Below are positions 27,731 to 36,686 of a DNA stretch of 64,000 bases, in pieces. The translations under genes were made by a program, and so were the position numbers. The notes beneath the pieces were generated by a model that had not been told where the DNA came from, ran no database searches, and was given only the letters and a program-made list of their open reading frames with translations. Position 1 is the first letter of the stretch. Every line of letters begins with the position of its first letter. Location of the stretch: the sequence record MZ475895.1. One strand, given 5' to 3'.

Positions 27731-28831
27731 ATGACAGGTCCTCTCGATCTCACTAACCCACAGCACTTCGAACTGTACTCGCTGCACAGTGTTGATGCAC
27801 AGTATATCAATCTGTGTGACGCACTCCTAACGCAGGGTACGCACGAATCTGACCCAGAGCGCACTGACGATACGTGGCATACGCTGATCGGTATTGGCTT
27901 CCAGTTGTCTAACACCAACATCGCTTTCCCTGCGCTGCTGTCTAAGCGTGTCAACGTCCGTGCAGCTATCGATGAATCCTGCTGGTTCGCACGCGGTGAA
28001 ACGAACATCGCAACTCTCGGTTCTAAAATCTGGAACGAGTGGGCAGATGAAGAAGGTGAGAACGGTCCTATCTACGGCTTCCAGTACCGTAACTGGCCTG
28101 ACATTAAAGTGTTCAACACTGTCGAAGGCATGATTGAGCAGCACATCCCACCAGCGATGATTGAGCGCATCTCGAAAGAGATTAACCGCATGAAGGCGCA
28201 GGGCTATATCGAAACTGCGTTGCCTGACGGTCGCGTGTTGTACGAAGGCTATATCGATCAGTACGCTGATGCACTGCGTCAAATCATGGCGCGTAGTCGT
28301 AGCCGCCGCATTCGTGTGCAAGCGTTCAACCCAGGTTACGTTGGTATGCAGAGCCTGCCGCCGTGTCATACCGAGTTTGAGTTCAACGTGACCAAAGCCA
28401 CTGCGTATGAGATTGCGCAGATGGAAGCACGCTCAATGCGCCCTGACGCTGACTCACTGCATATCGTGGTGACGATGCGCAGCAATGACGCGCTATTGGG
28501 CAGGCCCTTCAATATCGTGGGCTACAGCGCCATGCACCAGTTGTTTGCGAAGTGGGCTGGTCTGAACGTTGGTTCGTTTACTCTGAACGTGACCAATATG
28601 CACATGTACGATCACCACCGCGAAGCGTATGCACAACAGCGTGAGCAGTGGCTGGAGCTACAGACGCAGATGCAGACGACAGGCAAACCTGTTGTTTACC
28701 CTACCCTCGAAATCACTGACGACATTCTGGGCCTGACGCCAGAAGAGCTGCTGGATAACGTCAACGTCGATTGGTTCGAGCTGGTGGACTACTCTCCTAA
28801 ACCTGCTGTTAAAGGACGCGTAACCAAATGA
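27731..28831 (+). CDS. thyA: thymidylate synthase
   Basis: IWNEWAD, GPIYGFQYR, SRR, LPPCH, MRSND.LLG.PFN, NMHMY. Confidence 0.95.
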   Translation: MTGPLDLTNPQHFELYSLHSVDAQYINLCDALLTQGTHESDPERTDDTWHTLIGIGFQLSNTNIAFPALLSKRVNVRAAIDESCWFARGETNIATLGSKIWNEWADEEGENGPIYGFQYRNWPDIKVFNTVEGMIEQHIPPAMIERISKEINRMKAQGYIETALPDGRVLYEGYIDQYADALRQIMARSRSRRIRVQAFNPGYVGMQSLPPCHTEFEFNVTKATAYEIAQMEARSMRPDADSLHIVVTMRSNDALLGRPFNIVGYSAMHQLFAKWAGLNVGSFTLNVTNMHMYDHHREAYAQQREQWLELQTQMQTTGKPVVYPTLEITDDILGLTPEELLDNVNVDWFELVDYSPKPAVKGRVTK

Positions 28832-29490
28832 TGCTAATCAGCCGCATTGCTGCATTCCTGTATGTTGGATATGCAGAGTCAGTGGAGGACATTCCACGTT
28901 TGCTCGTCGAAAAAGTTAAGGTGCGCATCGAAGATCCCGATTGGGACCCGTTTGATGACGTTACCGTTGAAGATGCACCGCCTATCCTAGAAATGACAGG
29001 CAAGGTCATCTATCATCTGCCACTCAACTGCTTCCTGATTGACGGTCGCATGGAGCAGGATGAATCGTCCGAAGATACGCTCAAGATGCAGAAGCATTGT
29101 CAGACCAACTTCTTCAAGCACAAGCAGACACGCAACGGTCGTGTGGGCATTGCCGTGGACAGCATGATCAGAGAACTGTCTTATGCAGAGGCACAGCACC
29201 CTAACTGGCCTACTGAGCCGCTGCACGCTGGCGCTATCCTCGCAGAAGAAGCAGGTGAGTGTCTGCGTGATTGCGTGTCATACGATGAAACAGGGCGTGA
29301 TGACCTGCTAGCCTCTATGGCCGAAGAAGCTGTGCAGACAGGTGCGATGGCGATTCGTTTTCTGATCAATGCGCATCGTTCTAAAGAGCGCACGCTGCCT
29401 CGCTCTACAGTACGTGACCTGCTGTCAGACACGTCCATTCCTTTGGCTGAGCGTGTTGCTAAACTTCTTGATGTGGTGGACGCTAAATGA
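28828..29490 (+). CDS. protein with C-terminal MazG-like NTP pyrophosphohydrolase domain
   Basis: ILAEEAGE...EEAVQTGAMAIRFL. Confidence 0.6.
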   Translation: MMLISRIAAFLYVGYAESVEDIPRLLVEKVKVRIEDPDWDPFDDVTVEDAPPILEMTGKVIYHLPLNCFLIDGRMEQDESSEDTLKMQKHCQTNFFKHKQTRNGRVGIAVDSMIRELSYAEAQHPNWPTEPLHAGAILAEEAGECLRDCVSYDETGRDDLLASMAEEAVQTGAMAIRFLINAHRSKERTLPRSTVRDLLSDTSIPLAERVAKLLDVVDAK

Positions 29491-30398
29491 AACTACTTGC
29501 ACTTATCCCATCTGCTACCACCAATGTGTTCCGCACGCTGCATTGTGTAGGCACGGCAGAAGAGTTCCCTGTAGGCGAGCATCCTAAGTGGTCTGGCTTT
29601 GGTTTGAATATGACTAACGTCAAAATCATTCCTGACCTGGCTAAAGACGCCGTGCCTGATTCGTTCTATGTCACTATCGATAGCCACCTCGACTGGTCTG
29701 TTGATCTTGATCGTATCGATACGTTCAGCGCTGATTATCTCATCTGGTGCGGTAAGCATACGCCTTCAATTGAAGCTGTGCTCGAAGCCCACATGATTAA
29801 AGGCCAGTTGCCAAATCTGGTGCAGGACTTCGATGCTTTTGTCGCTGATCTGCAAGAGCGTCTGGACAACATGACCAGCCTCGCTAAAGATCGTATGACC
29901 ATCTCAGGCAGCACGCTGATCGATAGCGACACCACAGCCAAGTACAACCTGTGGGCTATCTATCGTCACTGTCTGATGTTAGACAACAAGATGGTCCTGC
30001 TGTACGGTAAAGACAATCACATCCATGTGTCCGACACGCACGTATCTGAAAAGGGTATCGGCTGGTGGTTGACCGAGCACAACAAACACATGATGAGCAT
30101 TGCACAGCAAAACGATCTGCTTGCCGCTTACATTACGTTTGAACGCGATAGCTCTGGCTATACGTTTGTTGGTGCTGACGGTACTCAGGTTAAACGTCCT
30201 GTCGAAAGCAGCGAGTTCATGCACATGGCGCATCACGGCCTGTTCCCTAAAGTTGTAGTGCGTGAAGACGCAGACGGCCGTAACTTCGAACTGTCGTTTG
30301 ATTACGCCGAATACTTCCCACAAGCGTATCACGATTTTGTCAATCATGCGTGGGCCGGCCGTTCTGATCGTTCACGCGATTTGGTTCGCTTCATCTGA
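29487..30398 (+). CDS. hypothetical protein
   Basis: 303 aa, ATGA overlap. Confidence 0.75.
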   Translation: MKLLALIPSATTNVFRTLHCVGTAEEFPVGEHPKWSGFGLNMTNVKIIPDLAKDAVPDSFYVTIDSHLDWSVDLDRIDTFSADYLIWCGKHTPSIEAVLEAHMIKGQLPNLVQDFDAFVADLQERLDNMTSLAKDRMTISGSTLIDSDTTAKYNLWAIYRHCLMLDNKMVLLYGKDNHIHVSDTHVSEKGIGWWLTEHNKHMMSIAQQNDLLAAYITFERDSSGYTFVGADGTQVKRPVESSEFMHMAHHGLFPKVVVREDADGRNFELSFDYAEYFPQAYHDFVNHAWAGRSDRSRDLVRFI

Positions 30399-30420
30399 TC
30401 GTCGCGCTGTCTGCTGTCAG

Positions 30421-30426
30421 TAATTT
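30421..30426 (+). promoter_or_regulatory. TAATTT intergenic motif
   Basis: 24 nt upstream of ATG 30450. Confidence 0.45.
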
Positions 30427-30449
30427 GAAGCTACTATAGGAGACAGCGC

Positions 30450-30788
30450 ATGAAATATGATAAGACCAAAGACTACCAACCGTTCAAGTATCTTGAGCCA
30501 GACCCAAAGGCTCCAAGAGTAGGCTTCTACGGTTCGACTGGCCACACTATCACAAAGGACGTTCTGATAGGGCAGGACGTATGCGAGTTTGAGTTCAAGC
30601 CCGAAGAGTTGAACAATATGAATCGCGGTACGTTGCTCTTCCGTGCTAAAGATAGTGGCGGAACTATTGTCGTAAAGAAATGCTCTGTGCTTGGATTGAA
30701 AATGGTAATTACGCTAGAGAGAAGGGTGATTCAGTTCGGCAAGGTTCAAGCTGAATGGATGACCACATCCCGACTGTATAACTACTAA
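30450..30788 (+). CDS. hypothetical protein
   Basis: 112 aa, AGGAG RBS. Confidence 0.7.
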   Translation: MKYDKTKDYQPFKYLEPDPKAPRVGFYGSTGHTITKDVLIGQDVCEFEFKPEELNNMNRGTLLFRAKDSGGTIVVKKCSVLGLKMVITLERRVIQFGKVQAEWMTTSRLYNY

Positions 30789-30830
30789 CTGTAAATACAT
30801 TGTACAGAAGCAACTACAAGAGAAAAGAGA

Positions 30831-31529
30831 ATGGCAAAAATTGCTAAAGCAAAGGAAGGGAAAAAGAAAAGCAACCCTATGTTGATTGACCTGAAAAAGT
30901 TCAAGTCAGTTAAACAGCTTAAGGGTGCGAAGTACAACCCTCGTTTCATTACAGACAGCCGACTGAGAGCGCTCGAAGGTTCTTTGGGCAGCTTCGGTGA
31001 TTTGTCTGGCGTGGTGTTCAACAACAGCGTAGACAGTGGCGTGCTGATCTCAGGCCACCAGCGTCTCAAGTCGATTGAGAAGTGGGACTCGCGCATTGAG
31101 ATTCAGCAAACGTCTGACAAGTACGGCACGGTAGCGCTGGGTTATATCCATGCCACCAGCGCCAAAGGTAAAACGATCAGCATCCCACTGCGTATCGTTA
31201 ACTGGTCAGATAAGAAAGTGGAGTTTGCTGCTAACATTGCTGCGAATGCCCACGGCGGTGAGTTCGATAACAAAAAGCTCGCGTCACTTGTCGAGAAGCT
31301 GGACCTGACTACAATCAAGCCAGCACTTATCGGGCTTGACCCGTTAGAGATTCGCGGCCTGCAACAGACGCTGAGCAAACAAGCTATCGTCGAGCAGGAA
31401 AAGCGTGTTGGTAAAACAACAGGCAAAATGAACGGCAGCACCGGCGAGTTCAAAGAGTACACGACTGATGAAGTTGGTACTGCGCTGACCTGCACCTGCC
31501 CACGTTGTGGCTTTAAGTTCGAGGGATAA
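30831..31529 (+). CDS. ParB/Srx N-terminal-domain protein with C-terminal zinc ribbon
   Basis: KYNPRFI...SLGSFG...VVFN...ISGHQRL; NIAAN..GGEFD..KL; CTCPRCGFKF. Confidence 0.85.
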   Translation: MAKIAKAKEGKKKSNPMLIDLKKFKSVKQLKGAKYNPRFITDSRLRALEGSLGSFGDLSGVVFNNSVDSGVLISGHQRLKSIEKWDSRIEIQQTSDKYGTVALGYIHATSAKGKTISIPLRIVNWSDKKVEFAANIAANAHGGEFDNKKLASLVEKLDLTTIKPALIGLDPLEIRGLQQTLSKQAIVEQEKRVGKTTGKMNGSTGEFKEYTTDEVGTALTCTCPRCGFKFEG

Positions 31530-31530
31530 C

Positions 31531-33666
31531 ATGATCATCAAGCCGCCTACAATGAAAGAGATTAATAAGCTGCCCAAGCCTTGGTCAGGTATGAGTTTCT
31601 TTGCAGGTTGCGGTGGTTCATCTACCGGTCACAAGATGGCCGGTATTAACATCCTACTGAGCAACGAGTTCGTGGACGCGGCTCGTGAATCGTATGAAGC
31701 GAACCATCCAACAACCAAAGTGTTGCCCCACGATATTCGTCGTCTTGACCCGAAAAAGCTGCTTAGCTATTGCGGCCTGAGCCAAGGCGAACTGGACTTG
31801 CTTGACGGCAGTCCTCCGTGCTTTACCGAAGACACGTTCATTCATACTGACACTGGTATGAAGTTCATCACTGATATGCGCATCGGTGACTTCGCTATGA
31901 CCTCTGTTGGTAAGTATCATCCTGTGTATGACACGATGGTGCGCCCGTATGACGGTCAGATGCACAGAATTGAAACGCTGCTCGGTCAGAACAATGCAAC
32001 ACCTGAGCATCCATTCTTTGTTCGTCGTCAGAATGAAGAAACTGGCGGGTACAGTGAGCCGTTCTGGTGTGACGCTAAAGATGTGCAGGAAGGCGATTTG
32101 TTGGGTACGCCTCGTGTTACGCCTGACATGGGTGAAGCACACACGCATGAGATTATCTCGTCGTTGACTGCGCAGCTTGTGCGTTGGATTGCATTGCCTG
32201 AGTTTTGGTGGCTGATTGGTCACTGGTGCAATCGCGGTGCAATCGATAAGATTCGTGGTGTCGATGTTATTCAGTTCACCTCGATGACAGCGATGGAAAA
32301 CTCGCTGGTGGAACAAGCGTTCGACGTGCTCAAGTTAAGCAGCATCAACAGCGCTTCGTCCGACATGGGCGTTCACCGTAAGACCGTCCGTGTTGTTATG
32401 GACACAGACCTGTTGCTGTTCTTGCGTATGTTTATCGCACAGGGCAAGAAGTCTATGTCCCGCCGTATGCCAGGCATGATCTTCCATCTGGCCAAAGAGC
32501 TGAAACAGCAATTCATTCTCGGCTATCTGGGTCGTGATTACGTCACAGCAATGGGCGTTGGTCATGCGTTAGAGGCTGACTCAAAGCGCTTCCTCGTTGA
32601 GATGAATTACCTGTGCTGCTCTGCGTTCAACAGACCGCTGTTCGATGCAATGTTGTTCACTGACTTGCATTACGGCAGTCCTATGTTACCGCCGAGTCGC
32701 TTCATCACCAAAGAGCACATTGGCTTCCTGTTCTTACAAGAAGAGGTTAATTTCTTCTTTGAGTTCGAGCCGGAAGACCCGCATCTGTGGGTAGAAGTGA
32801 TTGAGAACTTTACGCACCATGAAACGTGCAACGTCTACAACTTCTCAGTCAGTGTTGATGAGACGTATGTTGCTAACGGTATGGTCGTGCATAACTGCAA
32901 AGGGTTCTCGACTGCGGGTGTGAAAGAAGACGGCTGGGGCAAAGAGGTTAAGTACAGCGGCAACAAGTATCAGCAAGTCGATGACCTGTTCGATCAGTAT
33001 TGCCGTATGCTCAAGCACATGCAGCCTAAAACGTTCACTGCGGAAAACGTTAGTGGCCTCGTTAAAGGTGCGTCGAAGGGTTACTTCATTGAAATCATGA
33101 AGACCTTTGATCAGCTAGGCTACTATGTGCGAGCACCGTTGCTTAATGCTGCGTGGCTCGGTGTGCCTCAGTCGCGTGAGCGTATCATCTTTATGGGTGT
33201 GCGCAAAGACGTGGCTAAAGCACTCGGCTATAAGACTGCGTTGACTGCTGTGCCTGATGTAACACCTCAATCAAGCATGGCGTTCCTTGCAGATGCACTG
33301 CCGAACATTCGTCGGTATAAAGGTACGGAGCGTGACATTATCAAGTATCTGCCTGCTGTTAACGGGCCGATGCCTACGATTACCGCTGCTGACGCTATCG
33401 CATACGAAACAGCACGCTTCTCCTCTGCTGGCTTCATTGAAGACGACAAAGGGCACAGACGCAAGCTGACGATTGACGAACTCAAAGTTGTATCAGGCAT
33501 GCCTAGTGATTACGTGCTCACAGGTAAGTTTGAAGAACAATGGGAACGTCTCGGTCGTGTGTGCGTACCTGCAATGACGTGTGCAGCGGCAAGCGCGTTG
33601 ATACGCCATGTGCTTGAGCCGTACGCGAAGCTGCGTAAAAAGAAACCTGGGGATCGTTTTCGTTAA
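31531..33666 (+). CDS. C5-cytosine DNA methyltransferase homologue, intein-containing; probable carboxymethyltransferase
   Basis: FAGCGG (I), NEF (II), DI (III), GSPP/CKGFS (IV), ENV (VI), PQSRER (VIII), motif X reads RLGRVCVP; GAGG RBS before ATG 31531. Confidence 0.9.
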   Translation: MIIKPPTMKEINKLPKPWSGMSFFAGCGGSSTGHKMAGINILLSNEFVDAARESYEANHPTTKVLPHDIRRLDPKKLLSYCGLSQGELDLLDGSPPCFTEDTFIHTDTGMKFITDMRIGDFAMTSVGKYHPVYDTMVRPYDGQMHRIETLLGQNNATPEHPFFVRRQNEETGGYSEPFWCDAKDVQEGDLLGTPRVTPDMGEAHTHEIISSLTAQLVRWIALPEFWWLIGHWCNRGAIDKIRGVDVIQFTSMTAMENSLVEQAFDVLKLSSINSASSDMGVHRKTVRVVMDTDLLLFLRMFIAQGKKSMSRRMPGMIFHLAKELKQQFILGYLGRDYVTAMGVGHALEADSKRFLVEMNYLCCSAFNRPLFDAMLFTDLHYGSPMLPPSRFITKEHIGFLFLQEEVNFFFEFEPEDPHLWVEVIENFTHHETCNVYNFSVSVDETYVANGMVVHNCKGFSTAGVKEDGWGKEVKYSGNKYQQVDDLFDQYCRMLKHMQPKTFTAENVSGLVKGASKGYFIEIMKTFDQLGYYVRAPLLNAAWLGVPQSRERIIFMGVRKDVAKALGYKTALTAVPDVTPQSSMAFLADALPNIRRYKGTERDIIKYLPAVNGPMPTITAADAIAYETARFSSAGFIEDDKGHRRKLTIDELKVVSGMPSDYVLTGKFEEQWERLGRVCVPAMTCAAASALIRHVLEPYAKLRKKKPGDRFR
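31819..32895 (+). mobile_element. intein (359 aa) with degenerate LAGLIDADG-like region, inserted before the catalytic Cys
   Basis: CFTEDTFI start, ATPEHPF block B, VYNFSV..YVANGMVVHN end, +1 Cys. Confidence 0.93.
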
Positions 33667-33675
33667 GGAGCAGTT

Positions 33676-33759
33676 ATGTTGTGGGTCGGGTTCATTTTAG
33701 GTTTTATGCTCGGCACACTGCTAACGTTGCTGCTGCCTATCCCTTACTTGTCATGGTGA
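33676..33759 (+). CDS. 27-aa hydrophobic peptide
   Basis: AAGGAG RBS; MLWVGFILGFMLGTLLTLLLPIPYLSW. Confidence 0.5.
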   Translation: MLWVGFILGFMLGTLLTLLLPIPYLSW

Positions 33760-33829
33760 CAATCTGTGTATTATCTCCGAAGCCTGTCACATTTGAAGGT
33801 GGGCATGTCGTCCACTAGGAGATAGTATT

Positions 33830-34000
33830 ATGACAAACGTAAACACAAACGAAATCGAAACCCCTTGGTACGAAGCAGACGATGAGCAGCTAACCGCAGA
33901 GCACATTGCAATCATTCAGCAAAAGGCTAATGCTGATGCGATAGCTCGCGGAAAGCCGTTGCCAGATGCGGATGACCCGAGCTGGATTCGTCTGTTCTAA
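33830..34000 (+). CDS. small hypothetical protein (56 aa)
   Basis: AGGAG RBS; MTNVNTNEIETPWY... Confidence 0.55.
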   Translation: MTNVNTNEIETPWYEADDEQLTAEHIAIIQQKANADAIARGKPLPDADDPSWIRLF

Positions 34001-34037
34001 AATAAACTTGGGACAAGGATGTCCTTTGGAGAATGCC

Positions 34038-34172
34038 ATGAACGATCCCGTTGTTCTTTGGTCTATTATCGGTGTGCTGTTGTTTATTCTCGCGTGCGGC
34101 GGTGCGTTCATCTATTTCTTGCTGCGCACTGTATCGGAGACAATCTTCCGGAGTCTCTGGGGTGGACACTAG
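34038..34172 (+). CDS. small membrane protein
   Basis: GGAG RBS; one TM segment. Confidence 0.5.
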   Translation: MNDPVVLWSIIGVLLFILACGGAFIYFLLRTVSETIFRSLWGGH

Positions 34173-34337
34173 ACTGCGTGTGGGTCTAGCCTTCATCATT
34201 ACAGGGGCACTCACATTCATGTCCTGTAGATCACTGGATATGTTATTTGATGATGCCCTACCAATATCTTTAGTGTTCGGCACTCTTGTCGCACTGCATG
34301 AGTTTCACTATCTCATGTCAATGAGGGATTTTGAAAA

Positions 34338-34562
34338 TTGAAAATACCTAAAAAGTGGCGAACGGCTTCGAACTCGTTGGCACACACGGTTGAGATTATT
34401 AACGATAATGCACAGCTCGTTGTCGTGTATAAAGTGTGGTCCGCACGCCACCAACGCTGGTCCTATCGCGCAGAGTCTATCGAAGAAGTGTTGTACGTGA
34501 TCAAAGGAATAAGATATGGTGAATTTGCACCCCAACCAAAAGAAAGCAATTGCAATACTTGA
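34338..34562 (+). CDS. hypothetical protein
   Basis: GAGG RBS, TTG start. Confidence 0.55.
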   Translation: MKIPKKWRTASNSLAHTVEIINDNAQLVVVYKVWSARHQRWSYRAESIEEVLYVIKGIRYGEFAPQPKESNCNT

Positions 34563-34941
34563 TCAGTATGGCGCTGTGTACGATAACGGCTTCATTCGTT
34601 TTAAGCGTGATAACAATCGGGTCAGTACGTTCATGTTCCATGTGGACGAGATACGCACCGTGTTTATCTCTCAGGGCGTCGGTAGTAATACAGTGACAGG
34701 CAAAGAAGTTCAAGTCATTCGCCTTGAGATAAGCCTGATTGGCGGGTCTGCCTCGACCTGTGCGTACCACCCTGAACGCGATATTGATGGTGTGATGGAC
34801 TTTGCAAATGCGTTGCTGTGTCTGCGCGACGAAGCGTGTGGTGTTTCTGGACCTGACTATGAGATAGAACTCCACCAAGACTATTTCTACACAGGCAAAC
34901 CGAATGTGTCTTGGCCCGACCAAGACGAAACCGCCGAGTAA
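34516..34941 (+). CDS. hypothetical protein
   Basis: 141 aa. Confidence 0.65.
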   Translation: MVNLHPNQKKAIAILDQYGAVYDNGFIRFKRDNNRVSTFMFHVDEIRTVFISQGVGSNTVTGKEVQVIRLEISLIGGSASTCAYHPERDIDGVMDFANALLCLRDEACGVSGPDYEIELHQDYFYTGKPNVSWPDQDETAE

Positions 34942-35001
34942 TCGGCACTCATGGTGTGAGACACACAAGTGAACTCACCCTCTACCTAAAAGGTATGTAA
35001 T

Positions 35002-35868
35002 ATGACTAAGCAACACACTAACTACAGTTCTGCATTCGCTATCAATGAAATGGCTGTGCTGTCTTTTGATAACTTCGGTTCGGACAAGCTGTATGGCGTT
35101 GTATCGGGCGTTATGTTCTACGGCCCTCAGCGTATGTATCGCGTCAGCCTGTTCGTCAACGACGGTCCTGAGTCGGCACCTACTGCCTTCCTGCATGAAG
35201 GTCGCCCTATCGATGGATTCATCGCAGATGACCTGCTGCCTGTAACTGACCAGTACGTTCCGCATATTGGTCATGTTGGTCGATACGAATCAACTGACCA
35301 CAAGACGTTTGGCGACTCACCGTTCACCAGCGGTCAGTTGGTTGAAATCAAGATCAAAGACATTGCAGACAGCTTCAACGTGCCTGTTCTCATCACAGGC
35401 GTCACTTACGTTGAAGGTAAGATCATGTACGATGTGAGCATCGAACGCGCCTACTACAGTGATGGTCGTGTTAACGGTGGTCGTCTGGTGCGTGATACGC
35501 TTACTGGCATTGATAGTATCTTCATCAAACCTGTTGATGGCTGGCCAGAAGAAGGCGAGGACATTAGCGAGTATGCGCTGGAGATTGGCGTTGAAGACGG
35601 TGCCGTGCCTATCTCAAACGATATTTTTGACGCGGCGTATGATGCGCATCTTTTAGGCGTTCAGTGTGGTGAGCTGAATAAACACGCTGCCCGCAATTTC
35701 TTAGGCGCTTACATCAACGCTGAGAATGCGCGTGTGGAGAAGTATCTCGGTGCACGTACAGGTCGCTGGGACACAAGCAAACTGAATGAGAGCTCCAAAC
35801 CTCGTTCAGTATCAGACATTGATACGTCGAAGATCTCCCAAGTTCAGCCTTGGCCGAAAGATGAATAA
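35002..35868 (+). CDS. hypothetical protein with two SH3/KOW-like repeats
   Basis: 288 aa; F..G..V....(I/V).GV.......Y.VS pattern twice. Confidence 0.7.
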   Translation: MTKQHTNYSSAFAINEMAVLSFDNFGSDKLYGVVSGVMFYGPQRMYRVSLFVNDGPESAPTAFLHEGRPIDGFIADDLLPVTDQYVPHIGHVGRYESTDHKTFGDSPFTSGQLVEIKIKDIADSFNVPVLITGVTYVEGKIMYDVSIERAYYSDGRVNGGRLVRDTLTGIDSIFIKPVDGWPEEGEDISEYALEIGVEDGAVPISNDIFDAAYDAHLLGVQCGELNKHAARNFLGAYINAENARVEKYLGARTGRWDTSKLNESSKPRSVSDIDTSKISQVQPWPKDE

Positions 35869-35874
35869 ATGACT

Positions 35875-35900
35875 AAAGGGTGGCTTCGGCTGCCCTTTTT
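35875..35900 (+). terminator. intrinsic terminator identical to 19063-19088
   Basis: AAAGGGTGGCTTCGGCTGCCCTTTTT. Confidence 0.85.
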
Positions 35901-35935
35901 AGATCTGTAAACAACTTATACAAGAGGAGCGTACA

Positions 35936-36289
35936 ATGAAAGACTATGTTATGAAGCGCCTTGCGGAAGACAATATCGATCCTGAAAACAAGGATATGAT
36001 TATGAGCCGCATACGCGATATTATGGGCGGTGTGTTGCGTGCGCAGCCTACCTTGCCTCATATGTTCGGTGCACTGGAACACTCACGCGTACCGTCACTG
36101 TTTGATGCAATGGTTGTCTGCGATCACACGAACAACTCTGAGGAGGATATTGCAAACAACATCCTTAACGTTTCTATTCTCCCTCGCACTCCAGTACAAC
36201 AAATTTATTTCAACATCGATCCCGGGAGCAAAGAAGATGCGTCTTTTATTTCAAAGACTGTTAAAGTTTCTAAGTCTGAGCAGCAATAA
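35936..36289 (+). CDS. hypothetical protein
   Basis: GAGGAG RBS. Confidence 0.7.
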   Translation: MKDYVMKRLAEDNIDPENKDMIMSRIRDIMGGVLRAQPTLPHMFGALEHSRVPSLFDAMVVCDHTNNSEEDIANNILNVSILPRTPVQQIYFNIDPGSKEDASFISKTVKVSKSEQQ

Positions 36290-36686
36290 ACCTAAGCAGG
36301 TTCATGATCGTGAGCTGCGCAAGTATCTGGCGCCTAAGCGCGAGCCATTCAACCCAGCTAAAGGCCCTCGTATCCCGCCGGTAGTCGACCGTGATTTGGA
36401 GTATCGTCGTCGCGTGCTCGCTACTGGCGGTCATCCGCCTAAGGCCGACCCTTCTTTGCGATCCAGCCCTCAGCGCCGTAGAGACGATGTACTTCCGTCA
36501 CAAGTTGTGATGATGGATGTTAGTACAGGCTTAGGTCCTACTAAGAAGATCCCATCGCATAGCCAGCGTGATTCTGATTCTTACTGTTCACCACATCATA
36601 CGCACCACACGCCGAGTCACACACCGTCTGATAACTATGATGGTGGCTCGAACGATGGTGGCGGTGGAGGAGGTTCTTGTGATTAA
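36237..36686 (+). CDS. hypothetical protein with H/S/G-rich tail
   Basis: MRLLFQR...DGGSNDGGGGGGSCD. Confidence 0.6.
   Translation: MRLLFQRLLKFLSLSSNKPKQVHDRELRKYLAPKREPFNPAKGPRIPPVVDRDLEYRRRVLATGGHPPKADPSLRSSPQRRRDDVLPSQVVMMDVSTGLGPTKKIPSHSQRDSDSYCSPHHTHHTPSHTPSDNYDGGSNDGGGGGGSCD

Noticed and set aside
27731-28831. Thymidylate synthase homologue as a dCMP hydroxymethylase feeding the glycosyltransferase
   Set aside because: It keeps the dUMP-specifying Asn (PFNI), not the Asp of dCMP hydroxymethylases, and a dCMP deaminase is present; ordinary dTMP synthesis fits best
31531-33666. Ordinary Dcm-like 5mC methylase
   Set aside because: Motif X has Arg for Asn and a Cx-SAM synthase is encoded nearby; kept only as the null hypothesis
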